DNA of 64,000 bases from Geopsychrobacteraceae bacterium (GTDB lineage Bacteria > Desulfobacterota > Desulfuromonadia > Desulfuromonadales > Geopsychrobacteraceae), in assembly GCA_963676795.2 (NCBI GenBank), contig CAXXTB010000002.1, positions 1,312,001 through 1,376,000 on the forward strand, given 5' to 3'. This document shows positions 55,901-64,000 of this stretch, piece by piece. A model generated the notes under the pieces. That model worked only from the letters and a program-made list of their open reading frames with translations. It was not told the DNA's origin and searched no databases. Position 1 is the first letter of the stretch. The number at the start of each line of letters is the position of its first letter. Both the position numbers and the translations under genes were made by a program.

Positions 55901-58900
55901 GTGACCGAGCCTTTGCTGACCCTGGTCAAGGAGGCCTGTAACGAAACTCTATATGGTTACGGACCGGCGTGCAGCAATTTTACCTCTGTCGTTGAAGATG
56001 GCGACGCCTATACCTCCTACATCTATCGCATCCGGTTGACCAACGAAGCGACAGCCGGCGGGTATCAGCGGGCCCCGGCCTATGATGTTATTGTCACCGA
56101 TCAGCTCGATGCGACCGACCTGGCTTTCGTTCTGCCCTTCAACAACGACGGGCTGAACAACGATGGCGATGCTTCGACCGATGGCGCCGATGCCGGTGGT
56201 GAGGGGACGATCTCTGACAATACGGTCAAAAATTCCATCCCCGCCGAGCTGACCTTCTCCTACACCCATAGCAGCGCCTTGCAGCAGATCGATCCCGGTC
56301 AGAGCGTCGATCTCTATTACCGGGTCAACTATGACGATGATGCGGCGCCGTTGCAGACCTTTACCAACAGCGCATTGGCAACCTACGACAGCCTGACCAG
56401 CGCCTCCGGGAGCCAGACCGTTTCACCGCAGCCGAACAGTACCCTTGGGGGCGCGCGCTTTTACACCTCCGACGTGTCTCAGGCCGATGTCACTATCATG
56501 CCGATCGGCAGCCTGCCGAAGACGGTCATCGCCATAGCCAGTACCCCGTTGGTCGTTCCCGCCCCGCAGCATATCGTGCCCGGAGAAGAGCTCGAGTATC
56601 AGCTGGAAACCCTGCTACCTGTCGCTCAGCTACGTGAATTTGTCATTCGTGACAACCTGCCGGCCGGTCTCCGCTGTGCCGACGCGCCGGTGGTCGATCT
56701 TGACGCCGCCCCCTACAGTGCCGCCGGGTTTGACCCGGGCGGCGTGATCACTCCGACCTGTGTCGATGACTATGTTGAATGGGTCTTCGGTGATCAGCGA
56801 CTGACCAACGGTAACGGCAGCGACCGTTTTGATTTTGCCATCAGTTTCATCGCCCAGGTTCAGAACAGTGTACTGACCAACGCTGGCGATCTCCTTGCCA
56901 ACGGCCACCCGGCGACCGTGGCGACCGTTCAGTATCGGAATGAAACCAATGTGCTGGTCAGTTACGATTACAACCAGGCTGATGTGACTGTTGCTGAACC
57001 GCAGATCGATCTGACCCAATCCTTTTCCGTGGCGGATGCAGACGCGTCCGATACTCTCAGGGTGACCGTGACTGCGACCAATAGCGGAACGGCGGCCGCC
57101 TATAATCTTGAGGTGTTAGTCCCCCTGACCGCTACAAGCCTCAGTTATTCAGGAACCAGCGGCGGTCTAAATCCTCCCGATCAGGTCGATCTGGTCAGCT
57201 TGGGTGCCGATCAGCCGATCTTCAGCTGGAACGCGCCCAATGGCATCGCAGTCGGAGATACAATCAGTTTTACCTTCGATCTGATCGTCGCCGCGGATGT
57301 TCAGCCACATCAGGTTCTGGAGACAACCTTGCAGGCGCGCTGGACCTCATTGCAGGATCAGACCGTGGCCCTCAACAGCTCCGGAACCATAGACAGCGAC
57401 GGAACAATCAATGGCATGCGTACCGGTAGCCTGCCGAACGCCGGAAATCCAATCAATGACTATGAAACTACTGCGACCGCTGCGTTGACTGTCGCCGTTC
57501 CTTCAGTGGCCAAGACCGATCAGTCTCCCGCTCTGATTCCGACGATCGGGGCGCATAAGCAGTTCCGGCTGGTGCTGAACCTGCCTGAAGGGGTGACTGC
57601 GGATGTTGCTCTGGCCGACAGTCTGGATGCCGCAGGAATCAGCTACCTGTTCAGTGACAATGCCGATTTTCCGATCAGCTATACCTTTAGCGGAATTCAG
57701 TCGATCAACGGCAATACGACCCTGACACCAGCAGCATTTAACAACTCACCGGCCGATGGCAGCAGCGGAACTGTAATCTGGGATATCGGAACCGTGACAA
57801 CGCTCACTGAAGATGACAGTTCTGTCACGGCGGTCTCGCCAGCGATTCAGATTGATTACTATGCACGGGTGAATAACGATCTGGTCACCGACGCCGGTGA
57901 TCAGCTACAGAATGACGTTGCCGCGTCTTATCTCAATTATGCAACGGCCGGGAGTGAAACTCTGTCCGTGACGACCGCCAGCGTTACTGTCTCCGAGCCA
58001 AACCTGAACCTGAACAAGACCCTGGCCAATGTGACGCTTGGTAAGGGCCCTTCAGACTCTCCGGTTGCCGGTGATACGATCGAGTATCAGTTGACTCTGC
58101 TCAACAACGGCAGTACCAATTCAACGGCGCAGGATATCAATATCGTCGATACCATGCCTGCCGGACTCGTCCTGGATGGTAGCTTTACTCCGACCGCGAC
58201 TATAAATTCCGTACCGGTCAGTGGTTTTGTTGCGGTTCCGACAATAGATGCGTCCAACGTGATGACCTGGGGGCGGGATAACGGCGATGCGAGTCTCGAT
58301 CTGCCGGCCGGTCAGATGCTGGTCATCACCTATCATGCCACAGTCAATCTGATTGTCGATCCGAGTGGCCTGATTGAAAACGGCGTCTGGAGCGACTGGA
58401 CATCCCTTGACGATGTCTCCGTTTATGAGCGGACCGGGGCTGGCTGCCCGTCCATCACCGCCCCGGATGACTACTGTGTCGGTCCAGTCTACGCGACGAC
58501 GATCGGCATCGCTCCGGCCCTCGATCTGCAGAAATCGGTTATCAACCAAACGACCGGGGTGAATCCCGGCGTCACCGCCAGTCCTGGCGACGTGCTGCGT
58601 TACAGGATTCAGGTGACCAGCATCAGCGCAGCAGCTGCCGCCTATACGCTTCAGGATGAAATCGATCAGCTCAATGCCTCTGCCTATTTCGTTCCCGGCT
58701 CATTACATATGCTCAGTGTGCCGAGCGGAACCGACAATACCAGTCAAACCGGAGGCGCGGCCGGAACCGGGCTGATCGACCTGAGCCATCTGACCCTCAA
58801 CGGCGGGGAGAGTGCGCTGGTTGAATTTACCCTGCAGCTGGCTCCGGTTATCGCCGATGGCGCAGCGGTTCTCAACCAGGCGGAGCTGACCCTGTTCGGT

Positions 58901-61900
58901 TACGGAACAAGTCTCAGCGATGACCCGAATATCAGCGGCAGTGACAATCCGACCCGGACGACTATCATTTCCGCCCCCCAGTGGCTGTTTGAAAAGAGCG
59001 TGGAGGATCTGACCGGGGCTGCTTCTGTTCTGCTTCCTGGCGATCAACTGCGCTATACCATCAACGTCAAAAACATCGGCAGTGAAAATGCCCTGAATGT
59101 GACGTTGCGTGATGCGATCCCGGTCAATACGACCTACGTCGGCGGGACGACCACCCTCAATGGAGTAATCGTTGCCGATCCGGCCGCGGGAATCTCTGCA
59201 CTTGAAGCCGGCATGCTGATCAACGCTCCGGAGGATACGACTCCCGGCGCGATGCGTGCTGACAGCGATGCTGCTGCCGATAATCTGGCGACGATCAGTT
59301 TTGACGTGGTGGTCAATGGCAGTGTGACGGCTGGTACGGCAATAGCGAACCAGGCTTATGTCGATGGCGACGGGGAAGGCAGCGGCAGTTTCAGTAACAT
59401 TCCGTCCGATGATCCGGCAACCGCAACGGCCTATGACCCGACTGTTATCTGGGTGAGTGGCATCGATTTCACAAAGTCGGTCTACAATCTGACCCAGGGG
59501 ATCGACGGCGCTACGGCGGCTCCGGGTGATCTGTTGCGTTATCGCCTGACCCTGACCAATACCGGCAGTACCGATCTGAACGCTCTGACGGTCAGCGATG
59601 AACTAGAAGCTCTGCATGGTTCGGAACCCGTCTATTTTGTGCCGGGCAGCCTGACGCTGACTGCACAGCCGAGCGGCTCTGACGCCAGTGCGACAACGGC
59701 AAGCGGTGGTGCCAAGGGCACCGGCCTGGTCGAGGTCAGCTCTGTCGATGTCGCCGCCGGGGCCAGCGCCACAGTTGAATTTACCATTTTACTGGCTTCT
59801 GTTATCACCAGCGGCACCGATGTCCTGAATCAGGCCAGTCTGGCTGCCGACGGAACGTATTTCCAACTCAGCGACAGTTCCGATTCCAGTCTGCCTGGGA
59901 CCAGCGATCCGACCGTGACGACGATCAGCTCAGCACCTGAATTCGTGGTTGAAAAAACATCAACTTTCCTTGGCGCTGATCCGGCGGTACTGATGGCCGG
60001 CGACAGGCTCCGTTATACGATCAGTGTCAGAAACATCGGTGATGAAGATGCAGTCGCTGTGCTGTTGCGGGATGATACCCCGGCCAGCACCAGCTATGTT
60101 GCCGGTAGTACCACCCTTAACGGCTCAAGTGTTGCTGATGCCAGCGGCGGGATCAACCCGTTGCACGCAGGCCTCCTGATTCATTCGCCGGATAATGCCA
60201 GCGCCGGATTGATGACCGCGGACAGCTCTGCCACGGCGAACAATACCGCGCTGATCAGCTTTGATGTCGTCGTTGACAGCGATGCCATGGATGGGTTGAT
60301 CATCGAAAACCAGGCCTTTGTCAGTGCCAGTGGCGCCGGTAGTGGCGTCCAGACGGAACAGCCATCGGATGATCCTGATACTCCGGAAGCCGATGATCCG
60401 ACCCGGGATGTGGTTGGCAACCTGCCGCTGCTCTACGCCCTCAAGACCGTTTCGATCGCCGTTGATAACGGCTCGGCCGGTATCGTTGATCCGGGTGATA
60501 TCCTGGAATACCAGATCGTCGTTACCAATAGCGGGGCGATCCCGGCGACCGGTGTCATTCTGACTGATACGGTCCCGGCCAACACGACCTATGTGGCCGA
60601 CTCGACGGCGCTCAACTGGGTCTCCCTGGGGAGCGACGGAGGAGTCCTGCCTCTGGTCGCAGGCTTTAGTATCCAGTCCGGTGATAATCCCGGGGCCGGA
60701 ATCATTTCGACCGGCGAGAGCGCTGTCATCACGTTTAACGTCAGGGTCAATGCCGGGGTTGCAACCGGGACCCTGATCTCGAACCAGGGGACGATTTCAA
60801 GCAGCGAACTGGCTGACCTGCTGACAGATGCTGACGGTGTTCCCGGTAACGGCTACCAGCCGACGCTGATTGCCGTGGGGGATGTCCAGCTGCTGACGAT
60901 CGTCAAGGAGGTCGCGGTGGTCGGCGGTGGCAGCGCCGAGCCCGGGTCGGAATTGATCTATACTATCAGGGTCAGAAATGCCGGTCTGCTTCCTGCGACG
61001 CTGGTCAGTGTTGTTGATGACCTGTCAGCGCCGCCGCTGGTAGATCAGTTGAGCTATGTCAGTGGCAGCGGTGTTCTTGATGGTCTGACGACCGGAGTCA
61101 GTTTTTCCGGCAATGTCCTGAACGCCGACTATACGACGAACTACGGAGAGCTGGCTGCCGGTGATTCCTTTGTCGTCCGCTTTCACGCTCAGATCGATAG
61201 CGCGCTGGCCTACGGAACAACCGTTACCAACAGCGCCGATGTGCTGTGGAACAGCCCGCAGCAGAGCGATACGGCATCTGTTTCCATCGATGTCGGTGGC
61301 ACCCCGGGCGCCGCTGCACTCAACGGAACGGTCTGGCACGATGCCAACTACGATTTGAGTTTTGATAACAGCAGTGAAGCTGCCCAGGTAAACTGGACTG
61401 TCGAACTCTACCTCGGCGGCAGCCTGGTGGCGACCACGGTGACCGACAGCGACGGCAGCTATCAGCTGACCGGTCTTGTTCCGAGCGCCTATACAACAGG
61501 GCTCTATGAGCTGCATTTCATTTCCGCCGGGGCCGGTTCAGACACCGCGCTGCTCGGCACCGCCGATTCACAGTTCACCAACGGCATTCAGTCAATCAGT
61601 GACATCGCTCTGCCGGAAGCGAGTAACCTGCAGAACCTGAACATGCCGTTGTGGCCGAACGGTGTCGTTTACAACTCGATAGCGAGAACCCCGGTGGCCG
61701 GAGCGACGTTGACCATGCTCAATGCAACCGGCACACTGTTGCCGGGCAGCTGTTTCGATGACCCGAATCAACAGGGACAGGTGACAACCCTGAACGGCTT
61801 CTACAAGTTCGATCTCAATTTCAGTCAGGCCTCCTGTCCGAGCGGCGGCGCATACCTGATCGATGTCGTCGCTCCGGCGAGTGGCTATTTCGCTCCTCCT

Positions 61901-63136
61901 TCAGTCATCATCCCGCCGGCCAGCGATGCGTCAACCCTGTCTTACTCGGTTCCCGATTGTCTCAACGATGCCTTGCCGGCAGTTCCCTATTGCCAGGCCA
62001 ACGCTTCCGCAGAAGCGCCGGATGTTGCCGTTGCGGCCGCCTCCGCCGGCACGACCTATTATCAGCACCTGACCTATGCCTCAGCCGCTATGCCGGAAGA
62101 CAGCCAGATTTTCTACAACGGGATACCGATCGACCCCGAGTTGAACGGCGCCGTAGCTATAACCAAGAAAGCTGAAATCACCAGCGTCACAAAAGGAACC
62201 CAGGTCCCCTATACGATTACGGTCAACAATGTCTTCGGCGCTCCGCTTGATGATATGCGCATTGTCGACCGTTTCCCGGCCGGCTTCAAATATGTCGCTG
62301 GCAGCGCGCTCTTGGACGGCGTCCAGACCGAACCGGTAATAAGCGGCCGGAGCCTGAGCTGGAGCGGACTTGAGCTGGACGTCAATGAGGTCATAATCAT
62401 CCGCCTGCTGCTGATCGTCGGGGCGGGGGTTGGCGAAGGAGAATATGTCAATCGGGCGCAGGTCTACAACGCCCTGCTCGACACCGCTGCGTCGGGCGAA
62501 GCAACGGCCACCGTCCGGGTCATACCGGACCCTGACTTCGATTGTACTGACATCATCGGCAAGGTGTTTGACGACCGCAACATGAACGGTAGCCAGGATC
62601 CGGGGGAAAACGGTCTTGCCGGTGCCAGGGTTGCCACCGCTCAGGGCCTGCTGGCGACAACCGATCAATTCGGTCGCTACCATATCACTTGCGCGGTGGT
62701 TCCGGATCAGGATATCGGCAGTAATTTTATCATGAAGCTGGATGATCGCAGTCTGCCGAGCGGTTACCGGGTTGTCAGCGAAAATCCGCGCGTACAGAGA
62801 GCGACGCGCGGCAAGATGATGAAGTTCAACTTTGGCGCGACCCTGCATCACTCGGTCAGTATTGATATCGCTGACGCCGCCTTCGAGCCGGGAACTACCA
62901 AACTTCGCCTGCAGTGGCGCGACAAGCTGGAACAGCTGCTTGCCGTCCTGGAACAGGGACCGGCAATCTTACGTCTGTCCTATCTGGGCGATGTCGAGAG
63001 CCAGACGCTGGCTGAAAAACGTCTGGCAAGCTTCTCCCGTGAGATTGAAAAACGCTGGAATGCTGAAAAACGTGACTATGTATTGAACGTCGAAAAGGAA
63101 TTCTTCTGGCGCAGGGGGGCTCCGGTCGGTCGTTAG
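52994..63136 (+). CDS. Giant (3380 aa) exported protein with tandem DUF11/isopeptide-type Ig-like domains, SdrD-B-like domains and a C-terminal module; putative adhesin or fibre
   Basis: Extended Sec signal (LWLTLFAVLCLLTLIAPSPASS); repeated K[ST]...PGD.L.Y.I...N.G......DxxP...N motifs; GTVWHDAN and GKVFDDRNMNGSQDPGE domains. Confidence 0.88.
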   Translation: MKSYLKVNTRSVREQRDSCRNCSQKLWLTLFAVLCLLTLIAPSPASSAPCDVKSGFPFVDHDTSSSYCELCGYSYVTVVISNPYSYTAGALPADPDVPGAVMTDIVLVENLGISGLEFAPGAPTPITYQVNGGITQNGVDTGLSGSVLTFTSAEIPALASLTANAGASQVNTISIRFAVARSIDPEGLISADRQIETTISFDTYRDPADPDYDILVPANNELDCGDSPQDDLATLPLREPIPQITKTGWNVDAGQDQGSASDPVYAMDNDDIVWRIQIDNIGNAELQDLRFDDLMDTGSLVVNYVCTTEGAANSIALNNGAGPAAGCTSASNSIDDYVVANQIAQGGSLSVYLVGKASSTASCQTNRNNTVDDVQWGCDVQAPVGGITQTSGGTIPYDQATLYTRYNDDHPILTVERHLTGVNTSQPVGSRGMMTIIIRNTSGGSVNNIQLDNVLPAEYVVDTTFDLEVDVTPAYGASYPGLVDAATSSWNFVLNEALSPKDPHIDLLSSSAHPLYPDQVNMLRNGDVAVVRFRVVLIESDYYDRQANLDVNPEVYPGTDPTYQTPLSNELTVNFDVFCTSQGAGGHYQLVLDGNGNDSSTENAIPAFPEDLDIQVGGAVFILTNDPTQVLTLPIQLTNNGGHDAEDYHAFVTFGATMNVIGAPAGCSQISLDGNYQPAPWKVWLDPIHIPETATVYECTAPAVIAPNQTVTYNFDVIKTTDPVRIALDDLSLRADVVGEITLYDGSLLAWPAPIIRADGETDRANNYSLDATWARVIGFNLKKAQIGTCNENNPPTLDGSGFEEVQIGEECSFNIETGGWFGFQTPGYAYIAVQDIQVVDNLPDGQAYISSSDPYTASTAAIQGISVDPAGLTILDEGNFGWIFNVPDSQRIQVADEWFIVDTTSRLLNKEVDVRAAPNLHATDSANVLTSTFHAIFSNVNTGSIENYTLGPSTVGYPIEQVRRVDLRVTEPLLTLVKEACNETLYGYGPACSNFTSVVEDGDAYTSYIYRIRLTNEATAGGYQRAPAYDVIVTDQLDATDLAFVLPFNNDGLNNDGDASTDGADAGGEGTISDNTVKNSIPAELTFSYTHSSALQQIDPGQSVDLYYRVNYDDDAAPLQTFTNSALATYDSLTSASGSQTVSPQPNSTLGGARFYTSDVSQADVTIMPIGSLPKTVIAIASTPLVVPAPQHIVPGEELEYQLETLLPVAQLREFVIRDNLPAGLRCADAPVVDLDAAPYSAAGFDPGGVITPTCVDDYVEWVFGDQRLTNGNGSDRFDFAISFIAQVQNSVLTNAGDLLANGHPATVATVQYRNETNVLVSYDYNQADVTVAEPQIDLTQSFSVADADASDTLRVTVTATNSGTAAAYNLEVLVPLTATSLSYSGTSGGLNPPDQVDLVSLGADQPIFSWNAPNGIAVGDTISFTFDLIVAADVQPHQVLETTLQARWTSLQDQTVALNSSGTIDSDGTINGMRTGSLPNAGNPINDYETTATAALTVAVPSVAKTDQSPALIPTIGAHKQFRLVLNLPEGVTADVALADSLDAAGISYLFSDNADFPISYTFSGIQSINGNTTLTPAAFNNSPADGSSGTVIWDIGTVTTLTEDDSSVTAVSPAIQIDYYARVNNDLVTDAGDQLQNDVAASYLNYATAGSETLSVTTASVTVSEPNLNLNKTLANVTLGKGPSDSPVAGDTIEYQLTLLNNGSTNSTAQDINIVDTMPAGLVLDGSFTPTATINSVPVSGFVAVPTIDASNVMTWGRDNGDASLDLPAGQMLVITYHATVNLIVDPSGLIENGVWSDWTSLDDVSVYERTGAGCPSITAPDDYCVGPVYATTIGIAPALDLQKSVINQTTGVNPGVTASPGDVLRYRIQVTSISAAAAAYTLQDEIDQLNASAYFVPGSLHMLSVPSGTDNTSQTGGAAGTGLIDLSHLTLNGGESALVEFTLQLAPVIADGAAVLNQAELTLFGYGTSLSDDPNISGSDNPTRTTIISAPQWLFEKSVEDLTGAASVLLPGDQLRYTINVKNIGSENALNVTLRDAIPVNTTYVGGTTTLNGVIVADPAAGISALEAGMLINAPEDTTPGAMRADSDAAADNLATISFDVVVNGSVTAGTAIANQAYVDGDGEGSGSFSNIPSDDPATATAYDPTVIWVSGIDFTKSVYNLTQGIDGATAAPGDLLRYRLTLTNTGSTDLNALTVSDELEALHGSEPVYFVPGSLTLTAQPSGSDASATTASGGAKGTGLVEVSSVDVAAGASATVEFTILLASVITSGTDVLNQASLAADGTYFQLSDSSDSSLPGTSDPTVTTISSAPEFVVEKTSTFLGADPAVLMAGDRLRYTISVRNIGDEDAVAVLLRDDTPASTSYVAGSTTLNGSSVADASGGINPLHAGLLIHSPDNASAGLMTADSSATANNTALISFDVVVDSDAMDGLIIENQAFVSASGAGSGVQTEQPSDDPDTPEADDPTRDVVGNLPLLYALKTVSIAVDNGSAGIVDPGDILEYQIVVTNSGAIPATGVILTDTVPANTTYVADSTALNWVSLGSDGGVLPLVAGFSIQSGDNPGAGIISTGESAVITFNVRVNAGVATGTLISNQGTISSSELADLLTDADGVPGNGYQPTLIAVGDVQLLTIVKEVAVVGGGSAEPGSELIYTIRVRNAGLLPATLVSVVDDLSAPPLVDQLSYVSGSGVLDGLTTGVSFSGNVLNADYTTNYGELAAGDSFVVRFHAQIDSALAYGTTVTNSADVLWNSPQQSDTASVSIDVGGTPGAAALNGTVWHDANYDLSFDNSSEAAQVNWTVELYLGGSLVATTVTDSDGSYQLTGLVPSAYTTGLYELHFISAGAGSDTALLGTADSQFTNGIQSISDIALPEASNLQNLNMPLWPNGVVYNSIARTPVAGATLTMLNATGTLLPGSCFDDPNQQGQVTTLNGFYKFDLNFSQASCPSGGAYLIDVVAPASGYFAPPSVIIPPASDASTLSYSVPDCLNDALPAVPYCQANASAEAPDVAVAAASAGTTYYQHLTYASAAMPEDSQIFYNGIPIDPELNGAVAITKKAEITSVTKGTQVPYTITVNNVFGAPLDDMRIVDRFPAGFKYVAGSALLDGVQTEPVISGRSLSWSGLELDVNEVIIIRLLLIVGAGVGEGEYVNRAQVYNALLDTAASGEATATVRVIPDPDFDCTDIIGKVFDDRNMNGSQDPGENGLAGARVATAQGLLATTDQFGRYHITCAVVPDQDIGSNFIMKLDDRSLPSGYRVVSENPRVQRATRGKMMKFNFGATLHHSVSIDIADAAFEPGTTKLRLQWRDKLEQLLAVLEQGPAILRLSYLGDVESQTLAEKRLASFSREIEKRWNAEKRDYVLNVEKEFFWRRGAPVGR

Positions 63137-63202
63137 AAATAAATACAAACTGCCAAGGTCGCTGTGCGGCCAATAAATGTAAATAACAAAGACGAAATGT
63201 AA

Positions 63203-64000
63203 ATGAAAAGACAACTTATCAACCTCATAATCCTGGCGTGTCTGCTGCTCGCCGGACAGCCCTGCGCTGCATTTGACCTGGACTTTCTGCCTGAAGTCAG
63301 TCAGGTCAGCTCCAGCACAGATCTCGGCAGTTCGACGGAGCAGCACAGCCGGTCCCGGACGTCGCTGCCATGGCTGGTCGATCCGCAGGTTTTTGCCGCG
63401 GATCAGGGCGATCTGATGGAGACGCAGAGGGTTCTCGTCGAGCAGGTCGAGACTGTCAAGTTGACCGATCTGGTTCCGCCAATTCTCTTCGGTGAAGGGG
63501 ATGTCGAGATTCCGGATGACTACCTGGCCCGGCTGCGTGTTGTCCTTGGCGAGATGCGCGACAAGAAGAATGTGCGCCTGCATTTTGTCGGACATGCCGA
63601 TTCTCAACGCTTGAGCCCGGAATTGCAGGAAATCTATACCGATAACCTTGGCCTGTCACGCGAGCGGGCCGGAGTTGTCGCCGAATACTGTCAGCGTGAG
63701 CTGAATCTGCCGGCCGCAGCGATCTCCTACGAGGGGCTGGGGGACAGCCGCCCCGTAGCGTCAAATGAAACACCGCAAGGCCAGTCCCGCAACCGGCGCG
63801 TCGAGGTGGAGCTCTGGTACGACCGGATTGTTGAGGTTGCGGTCGAGAAAGAGCTACCGGTTCCGCGTGATGTGACCCAGGTTAAAATCTGCCGGACGGA
63901 AACCGTCTGTAAGCTCAGTTACAAAGAAGGGCATGCCCATCGTGCCCGGCTGAGAAACCTGGTGCCGCCGCTGGCCTATGAGAACGGCATGGTTGAAGTA
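63203..64000 (+). CDS. Exported OmpA-like (peptidoglycan-binding) domain protein, partial, runs off the window
   Basis: Own translation: MKRQLINLIILACLLLAGQPCAA... PPILFGEG...FVGHADSQ...DNLGLSRERA...GLGDSRPVASNETPQGQSRNRRVEV; no stop before 64000; absent from the ORF track. Confidence 0.9.
   Translation, partial: MKRQLINLIILACLLLAGQPCAAFDLDFLPEVSQVSSSTDLGSSTEQHSRSRTSLPWLVDPQVFAADQGDLMETQRVLVEQVETVKLTDLVPPILFGEGDVEIPDDYLARLRVVLGEMRDKKNVRLHFVGHADSQRLSPELQEIYTDNLGLSRERAGVVAEYCQRELNLPAAAISYEGLGDSRPVASNETPQGQSRNRRVEVELWYDRIVEVAVEKELPVPRDVTQVKICRTETVCKLSYKEGHAHRARLRNLVPPLAYENGMVEV

Noticed and set aside
52994..63136. Giant protein as an RTX/LapA-type T1SS adhesin or an autotransporter
   Set aside because: It has a Sec-type signal, no GGxGxD repeats, no T1SS genes nearby, and no barrel-type C-terminus ending in an aromatic residue
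1..64000. CRISPR array or prophage
   Set aside because: No regularly spaced direct repeats, cas genes or phage genes were recognised

Overview
Bacterial chromosome window, most likely from a Desulfuromonadales (Geobacter/Desulfuromonas/Pelobacter-like) organism. This assignment is inferred from gene order, a GSU3473-family gene and the riboswitch style. 1-16 kb is core housekeeping: thrS end, infC (ATA start), rpmI, rplT, pheST, ihfA, merR, surE, pcm, yqaA, nlpD, rpoS, apt, tRNA-Arg, ugd, tRNA-Val, lipB, an HDOD protein, tlyA, hit and an unusual truncated RelA/SpoT homologue. 16-31 kb is mixed: polysaccharide deacetylase, Bax-like glucosaminidase, yjbQ, an unknown lipoprotein, a PEP-CTERM protein with a sigma54 promoter, htpG, trmL, a GSU3473-family gene, modF, two metY paralogues, an RqcH/NFACT gene and two identical tRNA-Leu genes, plus two MITE-like elements. 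31-52.5 kb is accessory metabolism: hybrid kinase, orphan MhpA-like monooxygenase, PDRP, NikR-controlled Ni/Co ECF transporter, lactate utilisation cluster and a Liv-type ABC transporter. From 52.7 kb to the end is the most notable locus: promoter, GEMM-I cyclic-dinucleotide riboswitch with an apparent OFF-type expression platform, a 3380-aa Sec-signal protein built of DUF11/isopeptide-type Ig-like domains with no recognisable T1SS/T5SS export signature, and an OmpA-domain partner gene that runs off the window. No CRISPR array, integrase or transposase was seen.
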